Assembly (NCBI GenBank): GCA_046313635.1
Contig: JBKBYA010000001.1
Coordinates: 895,481-959,480 of the forward strand
Source of the DNA: Pyrinomonadaceae bacterium
GTDB taxonomy: Bacteria > Acidobacteriota > Blastocatellia > Pyrinomonadales > Pyrinomonadaceae
Direction: 5' to 3'
DNA: 64,000 nucleotides
Part shown: piece by piece, positions 16,900 through 25,478 of the stretch
Layout of the letters: every line of letters starts with the position of its first letter
How positions within the stretch are numbered: position 1 is the first letter of the stretch
Notes under the pieces: model-generated
Told to the model about the DNA's origin: nothing
The model's database searches: none
The model's input: only the letters and a program-made list of their open reading frames with translations
Program-made: the position numbers and the translations under genes

Positions 16900-17982
16900 A
16901 TGGGACACACCGCTATCAGCGCCGACGGAAAGATCGATCACAGACGAGCGACGCTTATCGGCATCGGCGCTTCCGCTCTGTTAACGCTGCTTGTCATCGT
17001 CGGCTCGCGCAATCTTGAGCACTTTGACCCGGCGCTTTTCGGCTATACGGTCGCGAGCGTCATCGCTCTCGGAGCGATCGCGTTTCGCTATGCGATCTGG
17101 CTGCAGCGGCCGGCGACGCGGGCCTACTTTTGGCGAGGGCTCGATCTCTTCTTTCAACGCCGCAAGTTTGCGAGGAATGTCGGCGCCGCTGCCGGCACGA
17201 TAGCGTCGAGCCTCGTCGAGCAGCGGTTCATATTCAAGCGAAGCAAGATGCGCTGGCTGATGCACCAGCTCATTATGTGGGGCTGCGTGATCGCCGCGGC
17301 GATCACGTTCCCGCTGTTCTTCGGCTGGGTGCATTTTCAGCTCGAGGGCAAGAGGGTGTATCGCATGTATCTCTTCGGCTTTCCGACGGCGGCGCTCGAC
17401 GGGCGCAGCGTGCTCGCGTGGATCCAGTTTCACGCGCTCGACTTTTCGGCGCTGATGGTGATCGCGGGCTGCGCGATCGCGATCCATCGGCGGCTGACCG
17501 ATCGCGGAGCGATCGCGCTGCAGACGTTCCTGCTCGACTTTACGCCGCACCTGCTGCTGATCGCGATATCGGTCTCAGGACTGATGCTGACCGCTTCGAG
17601 CCTTTGGTTCGACGGTTATATGTACGCCTTCATCGCGCTGTCGCACCAGGCGCTGGTGATCATGACGCTGTTTTACCTGCCATTCGGCAAGCTGTTTCAC
17701 ATCATCCAGCGGCCGGCGTCGATAGGCGTCGAGCTCTACCAGGCGCGGGTCCGCGAGATGGAGCAGGCCGTCTGCCCGCAATGCGGCACGATGTTCGTAG
17801 GCAAGCTCTGGATCGACGATCTTAAGGAGGTCGTCGAACGCCTCGGCTTTGATTATCGAATGGAGAACGGCCACACGCTGCAGGACTACTGCCCGCGCTG
17901 CAAACGCATAATGCGCGGCCTGGCGTACGCCGATCTGCCTTCAAAGCGCGAAGAGGTTTTTCACGGCTCGCGAGCCGAGTAG
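16900..17982 (+). CDS. NarI-like polytopic membrane subunit with C-terminal CxxC..CxxC
   Basis: About 7 TM segments; RWLMHQLIMWG, SHQALVI...LPFGKLFHIIQRP (putative heme b His); CPQC...CPRC. Confidence 0.75.
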   Translation: MGHTAISADGKIDHRRATLIGIGASALLTLLVIVGSRNLEHFDPALFGYTVASVIALGAIAFRYAIWLQRPATRAYFWRGLDLFFQRRKFARNVGAAAGTIASSLVEQRFIFKRSKMRWLMHQLIMWGCVIAAAITFPLFFGWVHFQLEGKRVYRMYLFGFPTAALDGRSVLAWIQFHALDFSALMVIAGCAIAIHRRLTDRGAIALQTFLLDFTPHLLLIAISVSGLMLTASSLWFDGYMYAFIALSHQALVIMTLFYLPFGKLFHIIQRPASIGVELYQARVREMEQAVCPQCGTMFVGKLWIDDLKEVVERLGFDYRMENGHTLQDYCPRCKRIMRGLAYADLPSKREEVFHGSRAE

Positions 17983-17986
17983 ATCA

Positions 17987-18050
17987 CGTTCAGAGTTTAT
18001 GGTTCAGGGTTCCGAGCAAGAAGAAGAAATGCTCTGAACGCCGAACTCGA
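17987..18050. repeat. Inverted heptamer array
   Basis: GTTCAGA GTTTATG GTTCAGG GTTCCGA ... CTCTGAAC GCCGAAC TCGA. Confidence 0.55.
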
Positions 18051-18055
18051 TTTCA

Positions 18056-20311
18056 ATGAGCAAAGTTCAAAATTTAGACAAGATCATCGAGCGGTTCGGG
18101 CCGCATCTGCACGACTCGCCGGCCGAGGGCTGGGCCGCGGACCGCGTCATCGACCGGATGGTGCCGACGCACTGCCCGTACTGCGCCGTGCAGTGCGGGA
18201 TGTACCTGCTGGTCGCTGAAAACAAGGTCGTCGGCTTTGAGCCGCGGTACGACTTTCCGGTCAACGAGGGCCGTTTGTGTCCAAAGGGCGTGACGGCCTA
18301 CCTGCAGACCCACCATCCCGACCGTCTCGAATATCCACTGATAAAGCGCAACGGCGAATTTGTCCGCATCGGCTGGGATGAAGCGCTCGATACCATCGCG
18401 GCAAGGTTTCAGGAGATCCAGGCAAAGTACGGCAAGGACGCGATCGGCGTCTATTCGGGCTCGAGTTTGACGACCGAGAAGACCTACCTGATGGGCAAGT
18501 TTGCCCGCGCGGGGCTCGGCACGCGCTACATCGATTACAACGGCCGGCTGTGCATGGTGAGCGCGGCGGCGGGCAACAACAAGGCCTTTGGCGTCGATCG
18601 CGCGGCAAATCCGTGGGCCGACATTCCGCTGGCCGAGGTGCTCATCATCGCGGGCTCGAACTGCGCCGAGACGTTTCCGGTGCTCAACAAGTTCCTCTGG
18701 CAGCAGCGCGACAACGGCGGCCGCTGGATCGTCATCGACCCGCGCGCGACGTCGACGGCGCGGCAGGGCGATATTCACCTGCAGCTCAAGCCCGGCACCG
18801 ACGTCGCCGTCGCTAACGGGATGCTCAACGTGATCGTCCGCGAGGGTCTGATCGACGAGGAGTTCATCGCCGCTCACACGAACGACTGGGAAGCCACGCG
18901 CGACACCGTGCTCAAATACACGCCCGACATCGCGTCGCAGATCTCCGGCGTGCCGGCCGCGAAGATCGAGGCGGCCGGGCTGCTGTACGGCCGCGCCCGA
19001 ACGGGGATGATCATGCACGCCCGCGGCATCGAGCACCACACGAACGGCGTCGACAACGTTCTGTCGTACATCAATATCGTCCTCGCCACCGGAAAGATCG
19101 GTTCGCCCGGCCGCGGCTACGGAACGATCACAGGTCAGGGCAACGGGCAGGGCGGCCGCGAACACGGGCAAAAGGCCGACCAGCTGCCGGGCCAGCGTTC
19201 GATGCTGAATCCCGAGCATCGCCGTCACATCTGCGAGATCTGGGGACTGCCCGAGGACGAGATGCCCGCGGCCGGCGTGTCGGTCGTCGAGATGTTTGAC
19301 CTGATGCGCGCGGGCGAGATCAAGGGATTTTTATCGCTGTGCAACAACGGGATGGTCTCGCTGCCCGATACCAATAAGATCCGTGAGTCGCTCGAGGGAC
19401 TCGAGTTCAATGTGAACATCGACTTTTTTATGAGCGAGGCTTCGCGATACGCCGACATCGTCCTGCCCGGCACGACCTGGGCCGAGGACGAGGGCGTCAC
19501 CGCCAACGGCGAAGCGCGCGTCGTCAAGATCAACAAGGCGATCGACCCGCCGGGCGAGGCGAGGCCCGACTGGTGGATCGTGCAGGAGATCGCGCGGCGG
19601 ATGGGCCGCGGAAAGTATTTTAACTTCAGCAGCCCGCGCGAGATCTTTGACGAGCTGCGCATCGCTTCTCGCGGAGGTACCGCCGATTACTACGGCATCA
19701 CGTACGAAAAGATCGAGCGGCAGAAGGGCGTGATGTGGCCGTGCCCGACCGAGGAGCACACGGGCACGCCGCGGATGTTCGAGGGCGGACGATTCTATCA
19801 TCCGGACGGCCGTGCAAGGTTTCACCCGATCGAGTACAAAGGCCCGGCCGAGGTCCCGGATGCAGAGTACCCTCTCGTGCTCACGACCGGCCGCGTCGTC
19901 TATCAATACCTCTCGGGCAATCAGACGCGGCGGATCAAGTTCCTGGTCGATCAGTGCCCCGAGCCGTACGTCGAGATCCATCCCGAGACCGCGGCCGCGC
20001 TTAACATAAACGACGGCGAGCGCGTCAAGGTCGTCTCGCGCCGCGGCGAGGGCATCTTTCCCGCACTCGTCGTCAAGACGATCAGGCGCGACACGATATT
20101 CATCCCGTATCACTGGGGCGAGCAGATGGCCGCCAACCAGCTCACAAATCCGAAGCTCGACCCGACGTCAAAGATCCCCGAGTACAAGGCCTGCGCCGCG
20201 CGGGTCGAAAAGATCCATTCGCGCGAGCTGCCGATACTCGGCCAAGGCCGCCGCGGCGTAAGCCAGAGCGAGGTTCAAAAGGGCAGGGAGCACATAGGGA
20301 ACCGCAAATGA
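18056..20311 (+). CDS. Mo-bis-MGD oxidoreductase catalytic subunit, NasA/NarB-type nitrate reductase-like
   Basis: 4Fe-4S HCPYCAVQCG...LCPKG, Mo-ligand NGRLCMVSA, GQGNGQGGREHG, LTTGR, PEYK; no Tat leader; NarK genes nearby. Confidence 0.88.
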   Translation: MSKVQNLDKIIERFGPHLHDSPAEGWAADRVIDRMVPTHCPYCAVQCGMYLLVAENKVVGFEPRYDFPVNEGRLCPKGVTAYLQTHHPDRLEYPLIKRNGEFVRIGWDEALDTIAARFQEIQAKYGKDAIGVYSGSSLTTEKTYLMGKFARAGLGTRYIDYNGRLCMVSAAAGNNKAFGVDRAANPWADIPLAEVLIIAGSNCAETFPVLNKFLWQQRDNGGRWIVIDPRATSTARQGDIHLQLKPGTDVAVANGMLNVIVREGLIDEEFIAAHTNDWEATRDTVLKYTPDIASQISGVPAAKIEAAGLLYGRARTGMIMHARGIEHHTNGVDNVLSYINIVLATGKIGSPGRGYGTITGQGNGQGGREHGQKADQLPGQRSMLNPEHRRHICEIWGLPEDEMPAAGVSVVEMFDLMRAGEIKGFLSLCNNGMVSLPDTNKIRESLEGLEFNVNIDFFMSEASRYADIVLPGTTWAEDEGVTANGEARVVKINKAIDPPGEARPDWWIVQEIARRMGRGKYFNFSSPREIFDELRIASRGGTADYYGITYEKIERQKGVMWPCPTEEHTGTPRMFEGGRFYHPDGRARFHPIEYKGPAEVPDAEYPLVLTTGRVVYQYLSGNQTRRIKFLVDQCPEPYVEIHPETAAALNINDGERVKVVSRRGEGIFPALVVKTIRRDTIFIPYHWGEQMAANQLTNPKLDPTSKIPEYKACAARVEKIHSRELPILGQGRRGVSQSEVQKGREHIGNRK

Positions 20312-20952
20312 AAGAGACAATGTTCATCGACCCGCAGCGATGCATCGGCTGCCGCTCGTGTGTGGCGGCGTGCCGCGAGTGCTCGACGCACAAAGGCTTT
20401 TCGATGATCTTCGTCGATCACATCGACCGCGCCGAGTCGACCGCGACGATGCCGACCGTCTGCATGCACTGCAGCGAGCCGACGTGCGCGCTCGTCTGCC
20501 CGGCCGACGCGATCAAGATGAATGAGGACGGCATCGTGATGTCGGCCCTCAAGCCGCGATGCCTCGACTGCCGCAACTGCGTCAACGCGTGCCCCTTCGG
20601 CGTGCCGAAGTACAACTCGCAGATGCACCTGCAGATGAAGTGCGACATGTGCTGGGACCGCACGTCCGAGGGCCTCAAGCCGATGTGCGCGAGCGTCTGC
20701 CCGACCGGAGCCTTATCATTCGGGACCTACGAGCAGATCGTCCCGCTGCGTCGGACAAAACCGGTTAACGCGCACGTCTTCGGCAACCAGCGCGTCGAGA
20801 CACGGGTTTACCTGATGCTGCCGACCGACGCCGACGAAGTGACGGTCGACGGCTGCGGCGTCTTTGAGGGCCGCGTCGGCGTCGACCCGGCCGTCCAGGA
20901 AAGCTGGATCGAGATGCAGGTCGAGGAGACGGATAAGAGCAACGAGTTTTGA
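20308..20952 (+). CDS. 4Fe-4S dicluster electron transfer subunit (DmsB/NrfC-like)
   Basis: CIGCRSCVAAC, CMHCSEPTCALVCP, CLDCRNCVNACP, KCDMC...CASVCP; ATGA overlap. Confidence 0.92.
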   Translation: MKETMFIDPQRCIGCRSCVAACRECSTHKGFSMIFVDHIDRAESTATMPTVCMHCSEPTCALVCPADAIKMNEDGIVMSALKPRCLDCRNCVNACPFGVPKYNSQMHLQMKCDMCWDRTSEGLKPMCASVCPTGALSFGTYEQIVPLRRTKPVNAHVFGNQRVETRVYLMLPTDADEVTVDGCGVFEGRVGVDPAVQESWIEMQVEETDKSNEF

Positions 20953-20959
20953 GAAAGCC

Positions 20960-21130
20960 GTTAGTTCTTGGTTTTTTGTTTTTGGTTTTTGCTCTTGTAT
21001 TAGGTGAGCGATGTACCTGCGGGCCGGCCCGAGATCCGTAGTACGGACCAGAGACAATGACCAAGAACAATAGACGACAAACCATAAACCAACGACAGAG
21101 GCCCAAGGACCATTGATAAAGCCCAACAAC
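20960..21130. repeat. Inverted degenerate heptamer arrays inside the operon
   Basis: GTTCTTG GTTTTTT GTTTTTG GTTTTTG ... CAATGAC CAAGAAC AATAGAC GACAAAC CATAAAC CAACGAC AGAGGCC CAAGGAC. Confidence 0.65.
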
Positions 21131-21132
21131 CG

Positions 21133-21708
21133 ATGAATTCAAATCTATCCGACACGATCGACAAGGTCCTTTCGGACGAGCGCGATGTCAGAGAGGCCAC
21201 GGCCCCGCATCAGGCCGAGTTCCCGTACGAGCGCGACGGCGAAGCTCAGGTGACGCGGCGCGAATTCTGCAACTTTCTATTTCTGACATCTACGGCCCTT
21301 GCCGTCAGCACGGCAGGTGTCGCGGGAAAGGCGGCCTACGACCGCGCGAGCAAAGCGACCTACGCACCCTTAAAGATCGAGGGCGCCGAGACGCTGACGC
21401 CGGGCAGCTCGCTCAACTTCTTTTACCCCGGCGAGAATGACACCGCGATCCTCGTCAGAGCGCACGACGGGCAGTACTACGCCTACGGCCAAAAGTGCAC
21501 CCACCTGACATGCCCGGTCTACTACTCTAAGACCGAGAACCGGCTCGAGTGTCCTTGTCACGAGGGCGGCTTCGACGTGCACACGGGCAGCGTTGTTTAC
21601 GGCCCGCCGCCGAGGCCGCTGGACAAGGTCGTCATCGAGGTCCGCGCCGGCGGCGAGGTGTGGGCCATCGATCTGATCAAGGGAGGTCACGACGATGACC
21701 ACGTTTAA
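21133..21708 (+). CDS. Rieske 2Fe-2S protein (QcrA-like, Tat anchor)
   Basis: VTRREFCNFL twin-arginine motif plus TM; CTHLTC, CPCHEGGF, GPPPRPL. Confidence 0.92.
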   Translation: MNSNLSDTIDKVLSDERDVREATAPHQAEFPYERDGEAQVTRREFCNFLFLTSTALAVSTAGVAGKAAYDRASKATYAPLKIEGAETLTPGSSLNFFYPGENDTAILVRAHDGQYYAYGQKCTHLTCPVYYSKTENRLECPCHEGGFDVHTGSVVYGPPPRPLDKVVIEVRAGGEVWAIDLIKGGHDDDHV

Positions 21709-22045
21709 CCAGCGCTCGGACGAGCAAGGCCGGCACAGATCGGACGAAGCCTGCGGCCCGAACCGGACGCCGCGATCCTCAGCCGGCTCCCGGCGTGCTG
21801 CCGCCGGCCGCGGGAGCACCGCGATCTGGCAGGCCCGCCTCGTTCTGTTTGTGATGATCAATATCGCTCAGTTGTGGATACTCTCCGCGGCGATCGAGGC
21901 CGCGCTCGCTGGCCATTACGGGCAGCTCGTTCCCCTCGTCGCTGCATCGTTCGCGTGCTGGGCCATCGCATTGACGATCTTCCTCTGGTGGAAGCCGGCC
22001 GCTTCACGCCGCAGCGCCAGCACGGGCTTTGTCGCGAAAAAATGA
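21695..22045 (+). CDS. Small two-TM protein (DUF6755-like)
   Basis: IAQLWILSAAIEAALAG...LVAASFACWAI; overlaps the Rieske stop. Confidence 0.7.
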   Translation: MTTFNQRSDEQGRHRSDEACGPNRTPRSSAGSRRAAAGRGSTAIWQARLVLFVMINIAQLWILSAAIEAALAGHYGQLVPLVAASFACWAIALTIFLWWKPAASRRSASTGFVAKK

Positions 22046-22251
22046 AACGTAGGATCGCCGGATACGACAAAGACGACGAGGGGCACTGGCGAGCCCTCCT
22101 CGAGTGCGGCCACCTTCAGCACGTCCGACACCAGCCGCCGATGACGGACCGCGAATGGGTAATGACCGCAGACGGCCGCGCTTCGCGTATCGGTTGCGAA
22201 CTCGAGTGCAGGAAGTGTGACGAAGGCGCGCCGCCGGACGTCGCGACCTAG
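22042..22251 (+). CDS. DUF3565-like zinc-binding small protein
   Basis: MKRRIAGYDKDDEGHWRALLECGHLQHVRHQPP...WV....GR...G.ELECRKCD; ATGA overlap. Confidence 0.85.
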   Translation: MKRRIAGYDKDDEGHWRALLECGHLQHVRHQPPMTDREWVMTADGRASRIGCELECRKCDEGAPPDVAT

Positions 22252-22348
22252 GCCGGGCATCTGTCGTTCGAATGCAGGCCGGGTCCGCCTCAGCGAGATC
22301 GCGAACCGGCAGCCAACCCTCCGGCGGCCGCGACATGATAAGCACGGG

Positions 22349-22390
22349 AAAAAAGACCACGAAATATTTCGCGGTCTTTTTTCTTTTTTT
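22349..22390 (+). terminator. Rho-independent terminator (possibly bidirectional)
   Basis: AAAAAAGACCACGAAATATTTCGCGGTCTTTTTT hairpin with a long T tail. Confidence 0.75.
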
Positions 22391-22467
22391 CGCGGCCCGG
22401 TGCCGCCTCGCCGGTCCTTAACATTTCATCGCCCTGTATTTTATTGCGTTTCGCCGCCTCCGTCCGG

Positions 22468-22483
22468 CGGCACGTCCGTTGCC
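22468..22483 (+). promoter_or_regulatory. Putative sigma-54 promoter of the narK operon
   Basis: CGGCACGTCCGTTGCC, near-consensus GGCACG-N4-TTGC, 47 nt before the ATG. Confidence 0.7.
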
Positions 22484-22530
22484 GAAGCGATTCGATTTAG
22501 GGTCGACGGTCCTGTCACCGCAGAAAGGAA

Positions 22531-24018
22531 ATGGAAACCTCAACACCACACGGGGCATACAGGATACTCCTGATGAACACCCTTGCGTTCACCGTCTGCT
22601 TCGCGGCGTGGATGCTCAACGGCGTTCTCGTCACGTTTCTTACTGTCAACCAGGTCTACAAGTGGAGCGCGGTCGAGGTCGGCTGGCTGCTCGGCATACC
22701 GGTCCTGACCGGATCGATCTTTCGGCTGCCGGCGGGAATGCTTACCGACAAGTACGGCGGCAGGCCGATATTCACGGGCCTGCTGTTTTTGACGGCGCTC
22801 CCGATGTATATGCTTTCGCGAGCTGATACGTACTGGGAGTTTGCGTTGTGCAGCTTCGGGTTTGGCCTGGTCGGCGTCAGCTTTTCGATCGGGATCGCTT
22901 ACACGTCAACGTGGTTTCCAAAGGAACGGCAGGGGCTCGCGCTGGGGATATTCGGCGCGGGCAACGCGGGGTCGGCACTCACGACGCTGATCGCGCCGTC
23001 GCTGCTTAACAACTTCACCGCGGGCGGCGCTGACGTCGAGGGCTGGCGAAGCCTTCCGCTCGTTTACTCGATCGCGCTGATCGCGACGGGCGTCGTCTTT
23101 TACACCTTCACGACAAACAAAAAGCCGAGGTCGGCCGCAAAGACCTTTCTCGAGCAGCTCGAGCCGCTGCGCAACATTCGGGTGTGGCGATTCGGGCTCT
23201 ATTACTTTCTGGTCTTTGGGTGCTTCGTTGCGTTCTCGCAGTGGCTCGTTCCGTACTTTGTCAACGTCTATTACCTGCCGCTCGTAACCGCCGGGCTTTT
23301 GGCGTCGCTATTCAGCTTTCCGTCGGGAGTGATCCGCGCTCTCGGCGGATGGATGAGCGATAAGTTCGGCGGGCGGCGAGTGATGTACTGGGTTTTGGGA
23401 TCGTCGGTCGTGCTGTCGTTCCTGCTGACGATACCGAAGATGGAGATCACCTCGCCCGGCAAGGGCGTCGTCGCGGAGCGCGACGGCGTCGTGACGGCTG
23501 TCAGCGAAGACTCGATCGTCGTCGGCGACAAGACCTATTCGCTGATCGTTCGGAGCGACGCGGCCCAGAACCTCGACGAGGGAATGATGGTCTTTCCGAC
23601 CAAAGTCTCCTGGCAGGAGCCGGTCGTCAGCGTCGGGCAGACCGTCAAGCGAAAGGAGCTGCTGGCGAAGGGCGTGACCAAGATCTACTTCCAGGCAAAC
23701 GTCTGGATCTTTGCCATTCTCGTGATGCTGCTCGGGACCGTCTGGGGCATCGGCAAGGCGGCCGTCTATAAGCACATTCCCGAGTATTTTCCCGAGGAGG
23801 TCGGCGTCGTCGGCGGGATGGTCGGAGTGCTGGGCGGGCTCGGCGGTTTTGTGAGCCCGATCATCTTCGGCTATCTGCTCGACGAGACGGGACTGTGGAC
23901 GAGCTCCTGGATGTTCATTCTTTTCTTGTCCGCCGTCTGCCTCTTCTGGATGCACGTCGTCATCCAGCAAATGATGCACAGCAAACACCCTGAGACGATG
24001 ACCAAGATCGAGCGCTGA
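22531..24018 (+). CDS. narK: NarK1-type nitrate/nitrite MFS transporter with an inserted soluble domain
   Basis: WFPKERQGLALGIFGAGNAG, YYFLVFGCFVA, RALGGWMSDKFG, GIGKAAVYKHIP, GGLGGF. Confidence 0.92.
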   Translation: METSTPHGAYRILLMNTLAFTVCFAAWMLNGVLVTFLTVNQVYKWSAVEVGWLLGIPVLTGSIFRLPAGMLTDKYGGRPIFTGLLFLTALPMYMLSRADTYWEFALCSFGFGLVGVSFSIGIAYTSTWFPKERQGLALGIFGAGNAGSALTTLIAPSLLNNFTAGGADVEGWRSLPLVYSIALIATGVVFYTFTTNKKPRSAAKTFLEQLEPLRNIRVWRFGLYYFLVFGCFVAFSQWLVPYFVNVYYLPLVTAGLLASLFSFPSGVIRALGGWMSDKFGGRRVMYWVLGSSVVLSFLLTIPKMEITSPGKGVVAERDGVVTAVSEDSIVVGDKTYSLIVRSDAAQNLDEGMMVFPTKVSWQEPVVSVGQTVKRKELLAKGVTKIYFQANVWIFAILVMLLGTVWGIGKAAVYKHIPEYFPEEVGVVGGMVGVLGGLGGFVSPIIFGYLLDETGLWTSSWMFILFLSAVCLFWMHVVIQQMMHSKHPETMTKIER

Positions 24019-24054
24019 CAGCGTCGGGGAGAACTACCGGAAACCAATATCAAT

Positions 24055-25404
24055 ATGAGTACAACAACCTGGATCGAAAAGTGGACGCCGGAAGAAAGCA
24101 CCTTCTGGCAGTCCGAGGGCAGCCGAGTGGCGTGGCGGACGCTGAGCGTCACGACGCTGACGCTGATCTTGTCGTTCGCGACGTGGTTCATGATGAGCGC
24201 GATCGTCGTGCGGATGCCGGCGATCGGATTCAAGTTCACGCAGAACCAGCTCTTTTGGCTCGCGGCGATGCCGGGCCTCGCCGGCGGGACGCTGCGGATA
24301 ATCCACACGTTCCTGCTGCCCATCTTTGGGACGCGTCACATCATCACCTTCGCGACGCTGCTCAAATTGATCCCGTGCATCGGCATCGGCTTTGCGGTGA
24401 TGGACCCCTCGACGCCGTACTGGGTGTTTCTGGTGCTGGCCTTTACGGCCGGGTTCGGCGGCGGCGATTTTTCGTCATATATGCCGTCGACGAGCGTCTT
24501 TTTTCCAAAGCGGCTGCAGGGAACGGCACTCGGCATTCAAGCCGGATTGGGAAACTTCGGCGTCAGTCTCGCGCAGTTTCTGACGCCGCTGGTCATCACG
24601 TTCGGCGCCGTCGGAGCTTCGCAGACGCTCACCAAGGTCGACCCGCAGACCAAGGAAGTGATCGGTACGAGTCAAGTGTGGCTGCAGAATGCGGCGTTCA
24701 TCTATGTGCCGTTCCTGCTGCTCTTCGCCGGGCTCTCGTGGCACCTGCTGCGGAGCGTGCCGATCAAGGCCAGCGTCCGCGAGCAGCTCGACATTTTTAA
24801 GGACAAGCACACCTACTTTTGCACGATCACCTACATCATGACCTTTGGCGGCTTTTCGGGACTGTCGGCGGTCTTTCCGCTGCTGATCGCGACGCTGTAC
24901 GGCAAATTCCCGAACGCGCCCGACCCGCTCACATATGCCTTTTACGGTCCGCTGATCGGCTCGGCCAGCCGCATCGTCTTCGGCTTTGTAGCGGACAAAG
25001 TGGGCGGCGGCATCCTGACGCAGATCTGCGGCGTCGCGATGATAGCCATCACGATCGCGATGATCGCGCTCGGACTGCTGACGCCTGAATCGGCCGATCA
25101 GTTTCCGTTGTTCGTCGGGCTTATGCTGACGATGTTCTTCTTTACCGGTATGGGTAATGCCGGTACGTTCCGGCAGTACCCGATCATCTTTGGCCACAAC
25201 CCGCGACAGGCCGCGGGCGTCATCGGCTGGACGGCGGCGGTGGCGGCATACGGGCCATTCATTTTCTCGGTCTCGATCGGCACCGTGACGGCAGCCTACG
25301 GCAACCCGACGCCCTTCTTCTACGCTCTTGCGGCGTACTTCACCTTCGCGTCGGCGATCAACTGGTGGTACTACACACGCCCGGGAGCCGAACGCCCGAG
25401 CTGA
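24055..25404 (+). CDS. narK: NarK2-type nitrate/nitrite MFS transporter
   Basis: WTPEESTFW, AGFGGGDFSSYM, FFPKRLQGTALGIQAGLGNFG, GMGNAGTFR, WWYYTR. Confidence 0.93.
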   Translation: MSTTTWIEKWTPEESTFWQSEGSRVAWRTLSVTTLTLILSFATWFMMSAIVVRMPAIGFKFTQNQLFWLAAMPGLAGGTLRIIHTFLLPIFGTRHIITFATLLKLIPCIGIGFAVMDPSTPYWVFLVLAFTAGFGGGDFSSYMPSTSVFFPKRLQGTALGIQAGLGNFGVSLAQFLTPLVITFGAVGASQTLTKVDPQTKEVIGTSQVWLQNAAFIYVPFLLLFAGLSWHLLRSVPIKASVREQLDIFKDKHTYFCTITYIMTFGGFSGLSAVFPLLIATLYGKFPNAPDPLTYAFYGPLIGSASRIVFGFVADKVGGGILTQICGVAMIAITIAMIALGLLTPESADQFPLFVGLMLTMFFFTGMGNAGTFRQYPIIFGHNPRQAAGVIGWTAAVAAYGPFIFSVSIGTVTAAYGNPTPFFYALAAYFTFASAINWWYYTRPGAERPS

Positions 25405-25478
25405 CCATTTATCTCACTTCGCTCCCGGTGCCGGCCTGACGGCATAGGCACCGGGAAGATCTTTTATTCGAAACCTAT

